A stretch of DNA of 64,000 bases from Octopus vulgaris (Eukaryota), in assembly GCA_951406725.2 (NCBI GenBank), contig OX597827.1, positions 24,800,001 through 24,864,000 on the forward strand. The letters are read 5' to 3'. The first letter of the stretch is position 1; every line of letters starts with the position of its first letter. The notes below the pieces were generated by a model. The model made no database searches. It saw only the letters and a list, made by a program, of their open reading frames with translations, and was not told the DNA's origin. A program made the translations under genes and the position numbers. Positions 51,966 to 64,000 of the stretch are shown here, one piece after another.

Positions 51966-53545
51966 TCCCATTTTTCCACTTATTTCTAGCTCCAAATTGC
52001 TTATTCTTTTTTATATCTAGCAGTATGTCTTTCTCCATTTCTAAGTTAAGGGTAAAAATAAAGCAACCCTGCAAAACCCAACTGATCTTTACACAGACGC
52101 ACAGAATGACAGCAGAGTGCACAGCAAACATCAGTGATCCGACTGTCACCTGTACTCTTGACAAGAGAAGCTGGTTAGTCTTGTTCGTATTAGCCTGAGT
52201 TGCTGGATAATTTTTCATTCCTTTAAGAATATTGTAGAACGGAAACTTTTCATAAATTGGAATTTAAATCCTAATCTTTATAGAAATTTATTGTTTCAAG
52301 AAAACATTGAATTTGAATTGCTTTTAATCTTTACAATTATAGATAACAACTCGGGCTGTAACTTCTGAGCCCGAGTCAGGCGTGTGTGAACGATGTTGAG
52401 AGAACGTTGGGTACCAATGATGCTTTTTGATACAGAGCACCTCTTAGGCAACTGCCAGATGTTGAATGAAAATAAATGAACTGCGACCAGGCTCAATAAA
52501 AAGAGCCCGAGTTATTTGCTGAAATTATAAACTTGAAGTCAGCGCTGGCAGAAATTAAATCAGTTTGCAAATACATGTTCACTTTACTAAGTTTATACTC
52601 GAGCTAAGCCCAAACAGCTCGAGTGCTGGAGTTGCTACTGATCTAACCCATGCTAGCATTGAAAAACGAATGTAAAATCCACACATACTTCGATATCCCT
52701 CTGCTGTTAATTATCATTTACTGTCTCTTTTTCCATGCTGGAATGGATTGGATGGTTTGACTGGAGCTGTTACAGCCAGGAACTACATTGGGCTCCATTG
52801 TCCATTTTGGCAGGGCTTCTGCCACTGGGTGTCCTTCTTTATGTCAATCACTTTACAGAGTATACTGGGTGCTTTTTATGTGGCACCAGCACCAGGGCTT
52901 TTACATGGCAATAGAGCCAGTAGTTTTTAGATGGCCCCTTCATCAGTGCTTTTTATGTGATGTCAGCACTGACAGGGTCACCAAGAACCTTGCAAAGCAA
53001 AAATCCTTCTTCTGGCAGAGGGGGAGTATTATTGAGGGGTGTGTGGCTTTGTGCCAGTTGAGAGATTTAAGGTATAGAGGGGATAGAGATAGGTGTCTTG
53101 TTGTAAGGGTAGATACATGGTTACCCCAGTTGGAAAACAAAGGAGGCTGAGTTGAAGAGTAAGATGAAGAGAGTGGTAGTGAGAGAGATGATGGCAGAGA
53201 TGTGTCAGGGACACACCCTCGAGGGACATTAGGGTGGTGGTGGAAATAGGTGAGGTGATATAGAGGCTTGGGCTGGGTGAGCGGGAAGGATGAAATGACT
53301 GTAGCAAATGATGGAGAGAAATATAGGGGAGGCTTGAGGGCAGGAGTTGCAGTCGATACATGAGGGAATTAAGGATAATAATAGGTAAGTGAGGAGCTGA
53401 TATTAGGGAGCCAAACAAGGAAAGGAGAGAAGGTGTAGAAAGTAGGTGATTAGTAGATTCAGGTGAGACCAATTTGCATGTATTTTCATAATTAGCTAAA
53501 ATGATCTTTTAGATCAACAAATTTAGAATAAAAAATTTAAAAAAA

Positions 53546-53754
53546 CATAAATTTCACATCTAGTTCATAATCTATTATGCTTAATCACTGTTTCATTAAC
53601 ATAAACATTATTAATTCCATAATTTCATAATTACATATATTCACACATACATAATTAATTGTGTTTCTTAACTATTATGCAATTATGGAATTAATGATGT
53701 TTATGCTAATGAAACAGCTGTTGAGCATAATTAAACAGCATGTGAAATTTATGC
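53546..53754. mobile_element. AT-rich fold-back MITE
   Basis: CATAAATTTCACAT..GTTTCATTAACATAAACATTATTAATTCCATAATT mirrored by AATTATGGAATTAATGATGTTTATGCTAATGAAAC..ATGTGAAATTTATG. Confidence 0.7.
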
Positions 53755-54874
53755 CTTTCTCCTTTCTATTTAGTCATCAAATGTATCAATGCAGTTCTCT
53801 TGATTGATTGATCGTTAGCATTCTTATGTTGAATGGCTGTCCCCTGATTGGTGACCACCATTCAATCTTGTTCAGGCTGCCAAAGCTGACTCACGAGTTG
53901 TGGCCTTCATCCCATTTTACACAGCCTCTCACTAATTCCACTTGAACTGTCAAAACAAATCTGACTGGTATGACCTTTGTTCAAATTTATTCTGGCTGAG
54001 TTAACCTAAGCTTCATCCAAGTTCATTTGGACCAAACTAAGAATAGTTACAACTGTCCAAATTTACTGAGATTGTGAAGAACAAACCAAGAGTGTTGAGC
54101 ATTAATACAATTCCATTCAGACTTTCAAAACTCATCTGACTTTCATCTAATTAATTAGACTTTCATCTAATTATATTTCTAGTAAAAAAAAAAAAAATGC
54201 AATTAGTAGTTTCATTTATGATTTATAAATCATAAATTAATAAATTGGAAAATGAAATAACATTTTGCTATAAAATTACAAATTAATTATAAAACTGAAT
54301 TATAATTTGTAAAGTGAGACACTTTCTTTCTTTTCTTTTCTGACTAATTAAAAGTTGGATGATAAACAACATGTGTTTTAAATATTTTAGAAGTGTTGAT
54401 GTAACCATATGTGACTCACCATTTCATATGTGTCTTGCATGTTCTGTAAGGTGAGTCATAAGTGATTACATCCAGTCTCTATTTTAATTACTAATTTGTA
54501 ACTTAGGTACAGCAGCACGCATTTAAACCCTTTCTGTTAGTAAATTTCAATTGAAATAAACTGTTTCAATTACAAATAAAAATAACGAAGATTTCGGTGA
54601 AATAATCTGGTTATTATTAAGTTGGTGTTTTGGAATATTGTTTAACATAAATTTTGAAGAAAGGGTTTTATTCAGATCACCTTAAGTCTTTAGCACTTAA
54701 ACTGGTCATGTTCGGCCTAAATTTTCAGCTTATTTCATGTTTGAACTGACCAGATCTGACCTATCACACCTGCCCTACAATGTCATTCTTAAACTAAACA
54801 ATCACGTCATTGAAATCTTGAAGCCATGAGATTAATGCAAGATTAATTAAAAGCAATTCTTTTATTTTTGTTAA

Positions 54875-55053
54875 CATGTTTCAGTCATTTGACTGTGGCC
54901 GTGCTGAAGCATTGCCTTTAGTCAAACAAATCGCCCCCCAGGTCTTATTCTTTGTAAGCCTAGTACTTATTCTTTCGGTCTCTTATACTGAACTGCTAAG
55001 TTACAGGAATGTAAACACACCAACATCGGTTGTCAAGTGATAGTGGAGGGCAT

Positions 55054-55105
<52 letters not shown>

Positions 55106-55270
55106 ATGTACATTGGGCTTCTTTCAGTTTCTGTCTACCAAATCCACTCACAAGGACTTGGTCAGCTCAAGGCCATAGTAGAAGACACTTGCCCAAGGTG
55201 CTACACAGTGAGACTGAACCTGGAACCATGTGGTTGGGAAGCAGCCTTCTTACCACACAGTCACGCCTGT
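54875..55270 (-). mobile_element. SINE family A
   Basis: Reverse complement of the 19412 copy with internal (CA)n. Confidence 0.85.
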
Positions 55271-55827
55271 GCCAATGTGAATAAATAAACATCACATTTT
55301 GATCACAGAGTAATCTGAATGCTGAAGGATTAAACAGAAGTTTTATATCACAGAGTCAGGAGTGGTTTCAGGTGGAATGGTATGCAGAGGGTTAAAGGTC
55401 AATTAGACTGAATCCTTGGAACTTGACTGATCCCTATTTTAGGGTTCCCGGATGTTGACCGCAACTGAGTTTGCTTTCAGACCATAAAATGCTATAATTA
55501 AATAACACAAGTCATTTTGCCCACTGCGACATTCCATTGCTCTTTTAATGCAAAAATATAAACAATATACCTAAAACAGTCATTGGTAAACTGTAGATCA
55601 GTGGCACATGTGGCCTGTGGGACTTTCTGAATGGCACACCGAATGAAAAATTAATTTGAACATTTTTATTAATGCAGCCTGATGATGAGGCATGTCTCAT
55701 GTGGCCCACATCTGGATGGAGATTGTTCATGCCTGATCTAGAAGTTACTGCATGGTTTGCATTTTGTCTGTGAAGATATGTGGCATAGTGGTTAGGAGTG
55801 TTGGCCTCATAATTCTAAGGTCATATG

Positions 55828-56112
55828 CAGTGGTGGCCAGGAGACTAAGGGGCCCAGCTGCAACTACAATGCTATCATTTAATTTTTTTGTTTGTTAAAA
55901 TTTTTTTTTTGTTAAAAGTATTCTTTTCAACTGTCTATAAACACAGTCTGGCTGAAATAATGCATTCTTCCAGGAGTGAATAAAAAATTCTCTAACTTGT
56001 GGGGATGGGCCCCTTAGATACTAAGACGCCCCCCCCCCCCATATATGGATTCTAATGGCGCAAGGGCCCACTTGCCATCGGGCAAGCTGGCAAGCTGGCC
56101 AGTCCACCACTG
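55828..56112. mobile_element. hAT MITE with 8-bp TSD, inserted in a family C SINE
   Basis: TIR CAGTGGTGG / CCACCACTG; TSD GTCATATG at 55820-55827 and 56113-56120. Confidence 0.85.
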
Positions 56113-56759
56113 GTCATATGTTCAGTTCTTGTACTGGGTGGTAGACTCTATCATTGAGCAAGGCTCATTGTTTTATGTTGCTCGTGTCTACTCATCTGAA
56201 AAGAAGTGTGCCACCAAAAAGCTGATGCGGCTCTCTATTTCCGCCCCCTCCCAGCAGTCACATCCTTGATGCTTTGCTGGGTCAAAAGTGACAAAGCCAG
56301 CAGGTTATATGTATTTGCTTGTGACTTGGCAAATACTGATAACAATTAGTGAAATTGTGGTATAAGCTGCCAGGTCATACTGACTTGAGAATGGCAATTA
56401 AGCCCCAACCCTTTTTTTGTTATACCTTGTCCTTCTTTATCATTTTACATCCAGTCCCTTTTTCCATGCTTGCATGGGTCAGGTAGAATTTGTCCTGGCA
56501 GATTTCCACTAGCTGGATGTTCTTCCTGCCACCAACCCTTACTATTTCCAAGCAAGGACACTATTTCTCAAGGACACTCACGGTTTACATGGGTAACTAA
56601 CCACAAACAACACTGCTTGCTGGACAGTGATGCTTCTTTACAGCTATCACATAACGTCACAACAAGGGTGCACACAATACAAGCACACACATACACGCAT
56701 GCACAAACACACACACACACACACACACAAACACGCACACACACACACACACATGTACT

Positions 56760-57050
56760 GGCTCAATGAGGAAAGTTCCGGTTGATCTGATCAGCTAAAC
56801 AGCCTGCTTGTGGTTGAGTGCTCCACAGACGTGCATATCCTTAATGTAGTTCTCAAGGAGATTCAGTGTGACATCGGATGGGACAAGGCTGGACCCTGTG
56901 AATTACTGGTACTACACATTTTTGCCAGCTGAGTGGAATGGATCAATGCGAAATAAAACTTCCTGCTGAAAGGCACAATGCCCAACCGGGAATTGAACCC
57001 ACGACTTTACGATCATGAGCTGAATATCCTAACCACCAAGCCATTGCTTT
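56760..57050 (-). mobile_element. SINE family C
   Basis: Reverse complement of the 14363 copy. Confidence 0.7.
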
Positions 57051-57859
57051 CCACACACACAAACACACACACACACATGCACACGCACATGCACATACAC
57101 ACATGCACACACATACACACACAGATATACACATACACACATGCACACGCACATGCACACACACACACACATAACACACACAGATACACACATACACACA
57201 TGCACACATGCACACACACACATACACACATGCACACACATAACACACAGATACACAGATACACACACATACGCACACACACAGATACACAGATACACAC
57301 ACACATGCACACACACACACACACACACTCACATATACACACACATGCAGGCATTTAGCTTGTTGTTAAGTGGATAATGGTTGAAGTAGAAACTGGAGAA
57401 TGCAAATATGTTTTTATTCTGAAAAAAATGTTTTGCCAAACATAATCTCAAATACGAACTTTACAATGGACAAGATGACCTCAAAAATATGACCTATAAA
57501 GCCTGACCAATAAGTGCTTGACCTACAAATATGATCTATGAATCTATAACCTACGACAGACGACCCATTAAACGGGACTACAAAACTTGACACATAAAAC
57601 TATATACTATGAAATACAGCCTATACGCTAAAACTTATACACTATTGCTTTTACGTTGCCGTTACGTTCTGAGTTCAAATTCCACCGAGGTCAACTTTGC
57701 CTTTCATCCTTTCGGGGTTGATTAAATAAGTACCAGTTATGTACTAGGGTTGATGTAATCGACTTAATCCCTTTGTCTGTCCTCTCTATGTTTAGCCCCC
57801 TGTGGGCAATAAAGAAATAAATCCTGCTTTTTCGTTATGATTTATAGAATTATGTTCTA

Positions 57860-58208
57860 TACAATGAAGAAAAGACACCCCTTCAGTCATCAACGACCAT
57901 GGGATTGCACATAAAAAGTTACCCTTTGAGGCACAAGTCCAGGCAAGGTTGTTTATGGAAGACCAGCAGTCATCCATGCATACCAGCCTCCCCTCTTCAC
58001 ACCACCAGTGATATCCAAGAGAAAGGCAAAATGGCCGATACAGCTCGGCACCAGTGACTTCGCAACTCATTTCTACAGCTGAGTGAACTGCAGCAACGTA
58101 AAATAAAGTGTCTTACTCAAGAACACAACACACAGCCCGGTCCGGGAATCAAACTCACTACCTCATGATTGTGAGCCTGATGCCCTAACCCCTGAGCCAT
58201 GCACCTTC
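57860..58208 (-). mobile_element. SINE family C variant with a different tail
   Basis: Minus head TGGCTCAGGGGTTAGGG..GAGTTTGATTCC and GTGTTCTTGAGTAAGACACTTTATTT core. Confidence 0.7.
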
Positions 58209-58469
58209 ACCTATACAATACAATCTACAAAACTATTAATGGTTAGCAAGACCACATTATTTCATTTTGCCACCACCATAAGATACTTCTAAGTACATCA
58301 AAGGTTTACAAGTCAACGTGCCTCACCTTTTGTGTTAGCAGTGCAATGTTCTCATTCAAATTTTTTATAACGCTCAGAGCCAGCACTCATTTATGTAAAC
58401 AATGTCATCGAAGATAGAAATTATAAAAGGTACGGAGTGTATATATGTATGTGTGTACCGGTAGGTATA

Positions 58470-60928
58470 CATAGCCAAAGATGTAGCAGAAAAGAAGAAG
58501 TTTGCCAATGTCCAGTGATGTGAGGACCAAAGAACTGAGGTATTTCGGATTGTTAGACAGTGTGTGAGAGAAAATAGTGATGTTACAGGAGAGAAATGTG
58601 TCCTCATGGATGATGGGGCACTTGCTTTTAATGGTGAAAAGAAAGAGGCTTGGAGAAGCCATTATGAAAGACTGCTGAATGTGGAGAATGAATGGGAGGA
58701 GGAGGAGAGCTTGCCAAATGTTGACCCAGTAGAGGGACCAGCTATCCGAATAGACAGCTCCCTTGTAGTTAAGGCAATTAAGTGTATGAAACCAGGTAAA
58801 GCCCCCGGCCCATCAGGAATCACTGCCGAGATGCTTAAAACAGCTGGTTATGTGGGATATGGCCTAGTCACCCGCATTGTAAACCAGGTAGTTCATAATG
58901 GAGTCATACCCAATGACTAGCGTAGCAGCACCATAGTCAACTGCTACAAGGGTAAGGGTGATGCTCTAGATAGAAATAACTACAGGGGTATTAAACTGTT
59001 GGATCAGGTGATGAAGGTCACAGAGAGGGTCATAACCCATCTCATTAAGGAGAGAATTTGCTTAGATGAGATGCAGTTCGGTTTTGTGCCGGGTTTAAGC
59101 ACCACTGATGCTATATTCCTGGTCCGACAACTGCAGGAGAAGTACCTAGCTAAAGATAAACCACTCTACATAGCTTTTGTGGACTTGGAGAAAGCCTTTG
59201 ACAGGGTCCCTCGATCCCTTATCTGGTGGTCGATGCAGAAACTGGAGATTGACGAATGGCTAATAAGGGCTGTACAGGCCCTATACAGAGAGGCTGTCAG
59301 CAAGGTTAGGATTGGCAATAAATATAGCGAAGAATTCCGGGTAGAAGTAGGTGTACCCCAAGGCTCAGCCCTCAGTCCCCTTTTATTCATCATAGTCCTC
59401 CAGGCAATAACAGAGGGATTCAAAACAGGTTGCCCCTGGGAGCTCCTCTATGCTGATGACCTGGCTCTCATAGCAGAATCACTACCGGAACTAGAAAAGA
59501 AATTTCAGGTGTGGAAGCAAGGGTTAGAATCAAAGAGCCTTAGAGTAAATGTAGCAAAGACCAAAGTTATAGTAAGCAGAAAGGCGAACTCAGCACACAC
59601 CCCCTCGGGCAGGTGACCCTGCTCGATCTGTAGGAAAGGTGTAGGTAGAAACTCTATAAGATGCACCCAGTGTAAGCTATGGACACATAAGAGGTGCAGC
59701 AACATCAAAGGGAAATTAACTGATAAGATAGCTTTCATGTGCGGCAGATGCACAGGGACAATAGACACCACAAATACTCAGAAAACAGATTCCATCACAC
59801 TCCAGGGGTAGAAACTAGAAGTAGTTGATAGTTTCTGCTACCTGGGTGACCAAGTTAGTAGTGGAGGTGGATGCTCAGAGAGTGTCACCACTAGAATACG
59901 AATAGCCTGGGCAAAGTTTAGAAAGCTCCTACCCCTACTGGTGACAAAGGGTCTCTCACTCAGAGTGAAAGGTAGATTGTATAATGCATGTGTGCAAACT
60001 GCCATGCTTCACGGTAGTGAAACATGGGCCGTGACTGCAGAGGACATGTGTAGACTTGAAAGAAATGAAGGTAGCATGATCCGCTGGATGTGTAATGTCA
60101 GTGTGCACGCATGACAGAGTGTAAGCGCCCTGAGAGAAATGCTAGACATAAGAAGCATCAGATGTGGTGTGCAAGAGCGACGCTTGCGATGGTATGGTCA
60201 TGTACTGCGGATGGATGAGGAGAGATTTGTGAAGAAGTGCCGCTCCCAAACAGTTGAAGGAATCAGAGGGAGAAGTAGACCCAGGAAGACATGGGATGAG
60301 GTAGTCAAGCATGACCTCAGAGCGTTGGGCCTCACTGAGGCAATGGCGAAGGACGAGATCTCTAGAGATATGCTGTGACTGCAAAGACCCGGGATGCTTC
60401 CTGCACCAGTTCCGCATAGCCCCTGCTCATTCAAAGTACCTTGGATTCCAGAACATCCCGCTGTGTTTGAGGAGACCTGTTGAGTCAAGTACATGAACAT
60501 CGAAATAAATATCAATGGAAATAGTAGTTGTGATACCTGTGCCGGTGGCACATAAAAAGCACCATCTGAACGTGGCCGTTGCCAGCGCCGCCTCGACTGG
60601 CTTCTGTGCCAGTGACGCATAAAAAGCACCATCCGAACGTGGCCAATGCCAGCGCCGCCTTGGCTGGCTTCCGTGCCAGCGGCACGTTAAAAGCACCAAC
60701 CGATCGTGGCCAATGCCAGACTCCCCTGGCACCTGTGCTGGCGGCACGTAAAAAGCACCCACTACACTCGCAGAGTGGTTGGCGTTAGGAAGGGCATCTA
60801 GCTGTAGAAACACTGCCAGATCAGACTGGAGCCTGGTGCAGCCCCTGGCTTCCCAGGCCCCGGTCGAACCGTCCAACCCGTGCTAGCGTGGAAAACGGAC
60901 GTTAAACGATGATGATGATGATGATGAT
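58470..60928 (+). mobile_element. 5'-truncated RTE-clade LINE (RT with scattered stops, 3' UTR, (GAT)n tail)
   Basis: KAPGPSGITAEML; NYRGIKLL; QFGF; FVDLEKAFDRVP; GVPQGSALSPLLF; LLYADDLAL; RLRWYGHVLRM; GRSRPRKTW; ends GGACGTTAAACGATGATGAT. Confidence 0.95.
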
Positions 60929-60958
60929 ATATATATATACACATACATATATATATAT

Positions 60959-61011
<53 letters not shown>

Positions 61012-61159
61012 TATATATATATACGTACATATATATATATACACATATATATGCATACTAGCCTCCCCTCTCCATCCAAGGGAAAGGCAAAGGCCGATAC
61101 AGCTTGGCACCTCTGACGAGTGTATAGATGTGGCAACATATGAAATTTTGTCCAGGTAT

Positions 61160-61230
61160 ATGCAGCTGATGAAGACAAATCAAATCTACATTGTCAAACG
61201 TATTTGAAGAGTCTGAAACCGGTCCTGCAT
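61160..61230 (+). ncRNA. Type I hammerhead ribozyme motif, best preserved
   Basis: atgcag CTGATGA agac..(tcaaat/atttga)..gtct GAAA ccgg TC ctgcat: 6-bp perfect stem I, 4-bp stem II, palindromic stem III, GUC site. Confidence 0.8.
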
Positions 61231-61414
61231 TATCCGATTCTAGGTTTTTCATTTTTCAGATGTTCTTCCTAGAGGTAAGACAAATTTTTTTCATGTTTGT
61301 TGCACATACACGTCTTTGCTAGTATATACGCAGTGAAGCTATACAATAGCGTCGTATTTATTACGATTGCTATTTTCCAGTAAATATTGGTGCCTCGTTG
61401 TACCATTTATTTAC

Positions 61415-61508
<94 letters not shown>

Positions 61509-61551
61509 TTGTGTATATGTATATATGTATATATGTATGTATATATATATT

Positions 61552-61608
<57 letters not shown>

Positions 61609-61609
61609 G

Positions 61610-61818
61610 CCACCACCATCTTGACTGGCTCCTGTACCAGTGGCATATAAAAAGCACCCACTACACTCTCGGAGTGGTTGGCATTAGGGAGGGCATCCAG
61701 CTGTAGAGACATTGTGAGATCAGACTGGAGTCTGATGCAGCCTCCTGGCTTTCCAGACTCCAGTTGAACCACCCAACCCATGCCAGCATGGAAAGTGGAC
61801 ATTAAACGATGATGATGA
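61610..61818 (+). mobile_element. RTE 3' UTR fragment
   Basis: Matches ~60720-60920. Confidence 0.8.
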
Positions 61819-62719
61819 AACATATTTGTATACGAAATGTTGTAACTGTCACTGCTAGCTCTGACCTCTCGAAAATCTGCTGAGATAAACTTAAAAATGA
61901 CCAACAAAACATAACGGATAGCATATATCCTATATATATGTATGACTTACAAAATGATCCATCAGATTATGGACTCATAAATCTGTGAGCTATAACTCAT
62001 TGCTTATAAAACAGGATCTCATGAACTCATGAGAGTATGAGCTGTAAAAGATGACATGGATTATGGCTTGTAAAATATGATGAATACTACGGAGATTATG
62101 GCTGTATGGTTAGGAATGCCTCAGTCTATCTTGACAAATTTTTCTCAGTGGTTGTAATCAATCTTATTAAAATGTTCATCTGATCAGTTTTAAGAGAATT
62201 GTATAAATACGTGCATCCATCCATCCATCCATCCATCCATCCACACACGGATGCATACATACATATACACATACATACATACATACATATGCACATACAG
62301 GCATACTTACATACATATGCTCATACATACATGCATACATACATACGCACATATGTACATACATACATAATACATATGCATACATAATACATATGCACAC
62401 ACATACATATGTACATGCATACATAAATACATACATACATACTTACATACACAGATACATACATACACACATACATACATGCATACATGCATACATGCAT
62501 ACATACATACATACATACACACATACATACATACATGTGCACATACATACATACATACATATGTAAATACACACATACATGACATGTAAAACACAGACTT
62601 AGAAGGGATTAATCATGTCAAGAGCTTGACCTGGTGTCAACCAACAATTCCATGACATCTCGTTTTAATGGTTACATCAATGCAATTTAAAAAACAACAA
62701 CCCTGTGTTTGTGTTGCCC

Positions 62720-63000
62720 TTTTGAAGCCTAGCCAAGCTCATGGGCCCAGTTTCCTGGTTTCTGTGGCTGGACGGGATGCAAGTCCATCGCAACGTTACT
62801 CAAGAAACAGGAAGAGAGAGTGAAAGAAAGTTGTGGCAAAAGAGTACAACAGGGATCGCCCCCCCCCCACTGCCGGAGCCTCGTGGAGCTTTTAGGTGTT
62901 TTTGCTCAATAAACACACACAATGCCTGGTCTGGGAATTGAAACCGTGATCCTCCGACCGCGAGTCCACTGCCCTAACCACTGGGCCATTGTGCCTCCAC
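62720..63000 (-). mobile_element. SINE family C variant
   Basis: Minus head GGAGGCACAATGGCCCAGTGGTTAGGG..GGTTTCAATTCC. Confidence 0.75.
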
Positions 63001-63019
63001 AACCCTGTGTACCACAGCA

Positions 63020-63690
63020 TAAAAGGCAGAAAATGTTGACGGATAACAACTGAATGCTTTGCAAGAGCAAGGCTGAAGACATCAACCACATTATTGGCAT
63101 CTGTGAGAGAATGTCCTCCAGAGGCATGGTACAGTGGCCAGAACAGTCTGGAAGAGAAGAACAAAAATGAAAATGCTTACAGACAAAGTCGACCCTATTG
63201 AGACTGATGGGTCGAAAGAATATTGGTGGAAATTGGGAATTAAAACAGCCACCAAGTTAAAGCACAACTGGTTAGATATTGTTGTGTGGGACTACAAAGA
63301 AAATATATTTCTTTTGTGGAAATCAGCTGCGCTCTGGACACGAATGTGGTTAGAGGAATAGAAGAGAAAAAGGGCATCAATGGACCATTGATAAGGATTT
63401 TGGAAATCCAGTACGCAAGATCAACTTTCCGTTTCATACTTATTATTATTGGAGCAAGAGGATACACACAAACCCGTTTGGAACTAAATATGGCTGAACT
63501 TGGGATCTTGGGGATAGAATGCAATTTCTTAATCCATGTGCTACAAATGGCCGTAATATCCGGGAGTATAAAAATCTGCAAGAAACTTTTTAAGATTGAA
63601 AGGATGATGGTTCAAACAAGAGGCTTTCCTTCACAAATTTGCTACCAAATAAGGGGCCAATCAGATATTTACTCTAAATTTAAAAAAAAA
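63020..63690 (+). pseudogene. R4-clade retrotransposon C-terminus (CCHC finger and RLE endonuclease) ending in (CATA)n
   Basis: CKSKAEDINHIIGICERMS; RHGTVART; KEYWW..KLKHNWLDIVVWD; FVEISCALDTNV; IIIGARG; ISGSIKICK; followed by CATACATACATAC. Confidence 0.85.
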
Positions 63691-63826
63691 CATACATACA
63701 TACATACATGCATGCTTAAATGAATGAATGCATGTATGTACATATGTATGCAGGCATGCACGCAATCATGTAGGCCTATTGTGTATGTACATACACATCA
63801 CTCTCTTTAATATATGTGTGTATGCA

Positions 63827-63827
<1 letters not shown>

Positions 63828-63907
<80 letters not shown>

Positions 63908-63911
63908 GTCT

Positions 63912-63945
<34 letters not shown>

Positions 63946-63946
63946 C

Positions 63947-63978
<32 letters not shown>

Positions 63979-64000
63979 GTCTGTCTGTCTGTCTGTCTGT
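63828..64000. repeat. (TATC)n/(TGTC)n microsatellite
   Basis: Direct inspection. Confidence 0.95.

Noticed and set aside
53029-53472. 147-aa Leu/Ser/Pro-rich ORF on minus
   Set aside because: Compositional artefact of a purine-rich tract, probably old LINE debris; no motif recognised
54391-54473. 60-nt exon-like segment with AG/GTGAGT
   Set aside because: The donor is one arm of an inverted repeat (GATGTAA..TGACTCACC / GGTGAGTCA..TTACATC); better explained as a small hairpin element

Overview
AT-rich, repeat-dense animal genomic DNA with no intact host protein-coding gene that I can recognise. The tRNA-derived SINE families and dense (TATG)n/(TA)n/(CA)n/(AAT)n microsatellites look like octopus (coleoid cephalopod); this is an inference. 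Most ORFs in the track are microsatellite translations. The real coding remnants are all transposon-derived: R4/Dong-clade RLE retrotransposons, RTE and CR1/L2 LINEs, a Tx1-type fragment, a Penelope-like GIY-YIG fragment, a mariner and a DD35D pogo/Fot-like transposase with a PHD finger. Non-autonomous Helitrons, hAT/Merlin/Tc1 MITEs and a probable solo LTR are also present. Main observations: (1) several type I hammerhead ribozyme motifs with palindromic stem III (best at 61160-61230 + and 43874-43972 -). (2) Two microsatellite-associated R4-clade systems, one at (TAA)n like Dong and one apparently at (CATA)n, each with a candidate non-coding passenger element. (3) An RTE insertion with a twin-priming-type 5' inversion. 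(4) A SINE carrying an inverted copy of its own flank. All alignments, translations and folds were done by eye.
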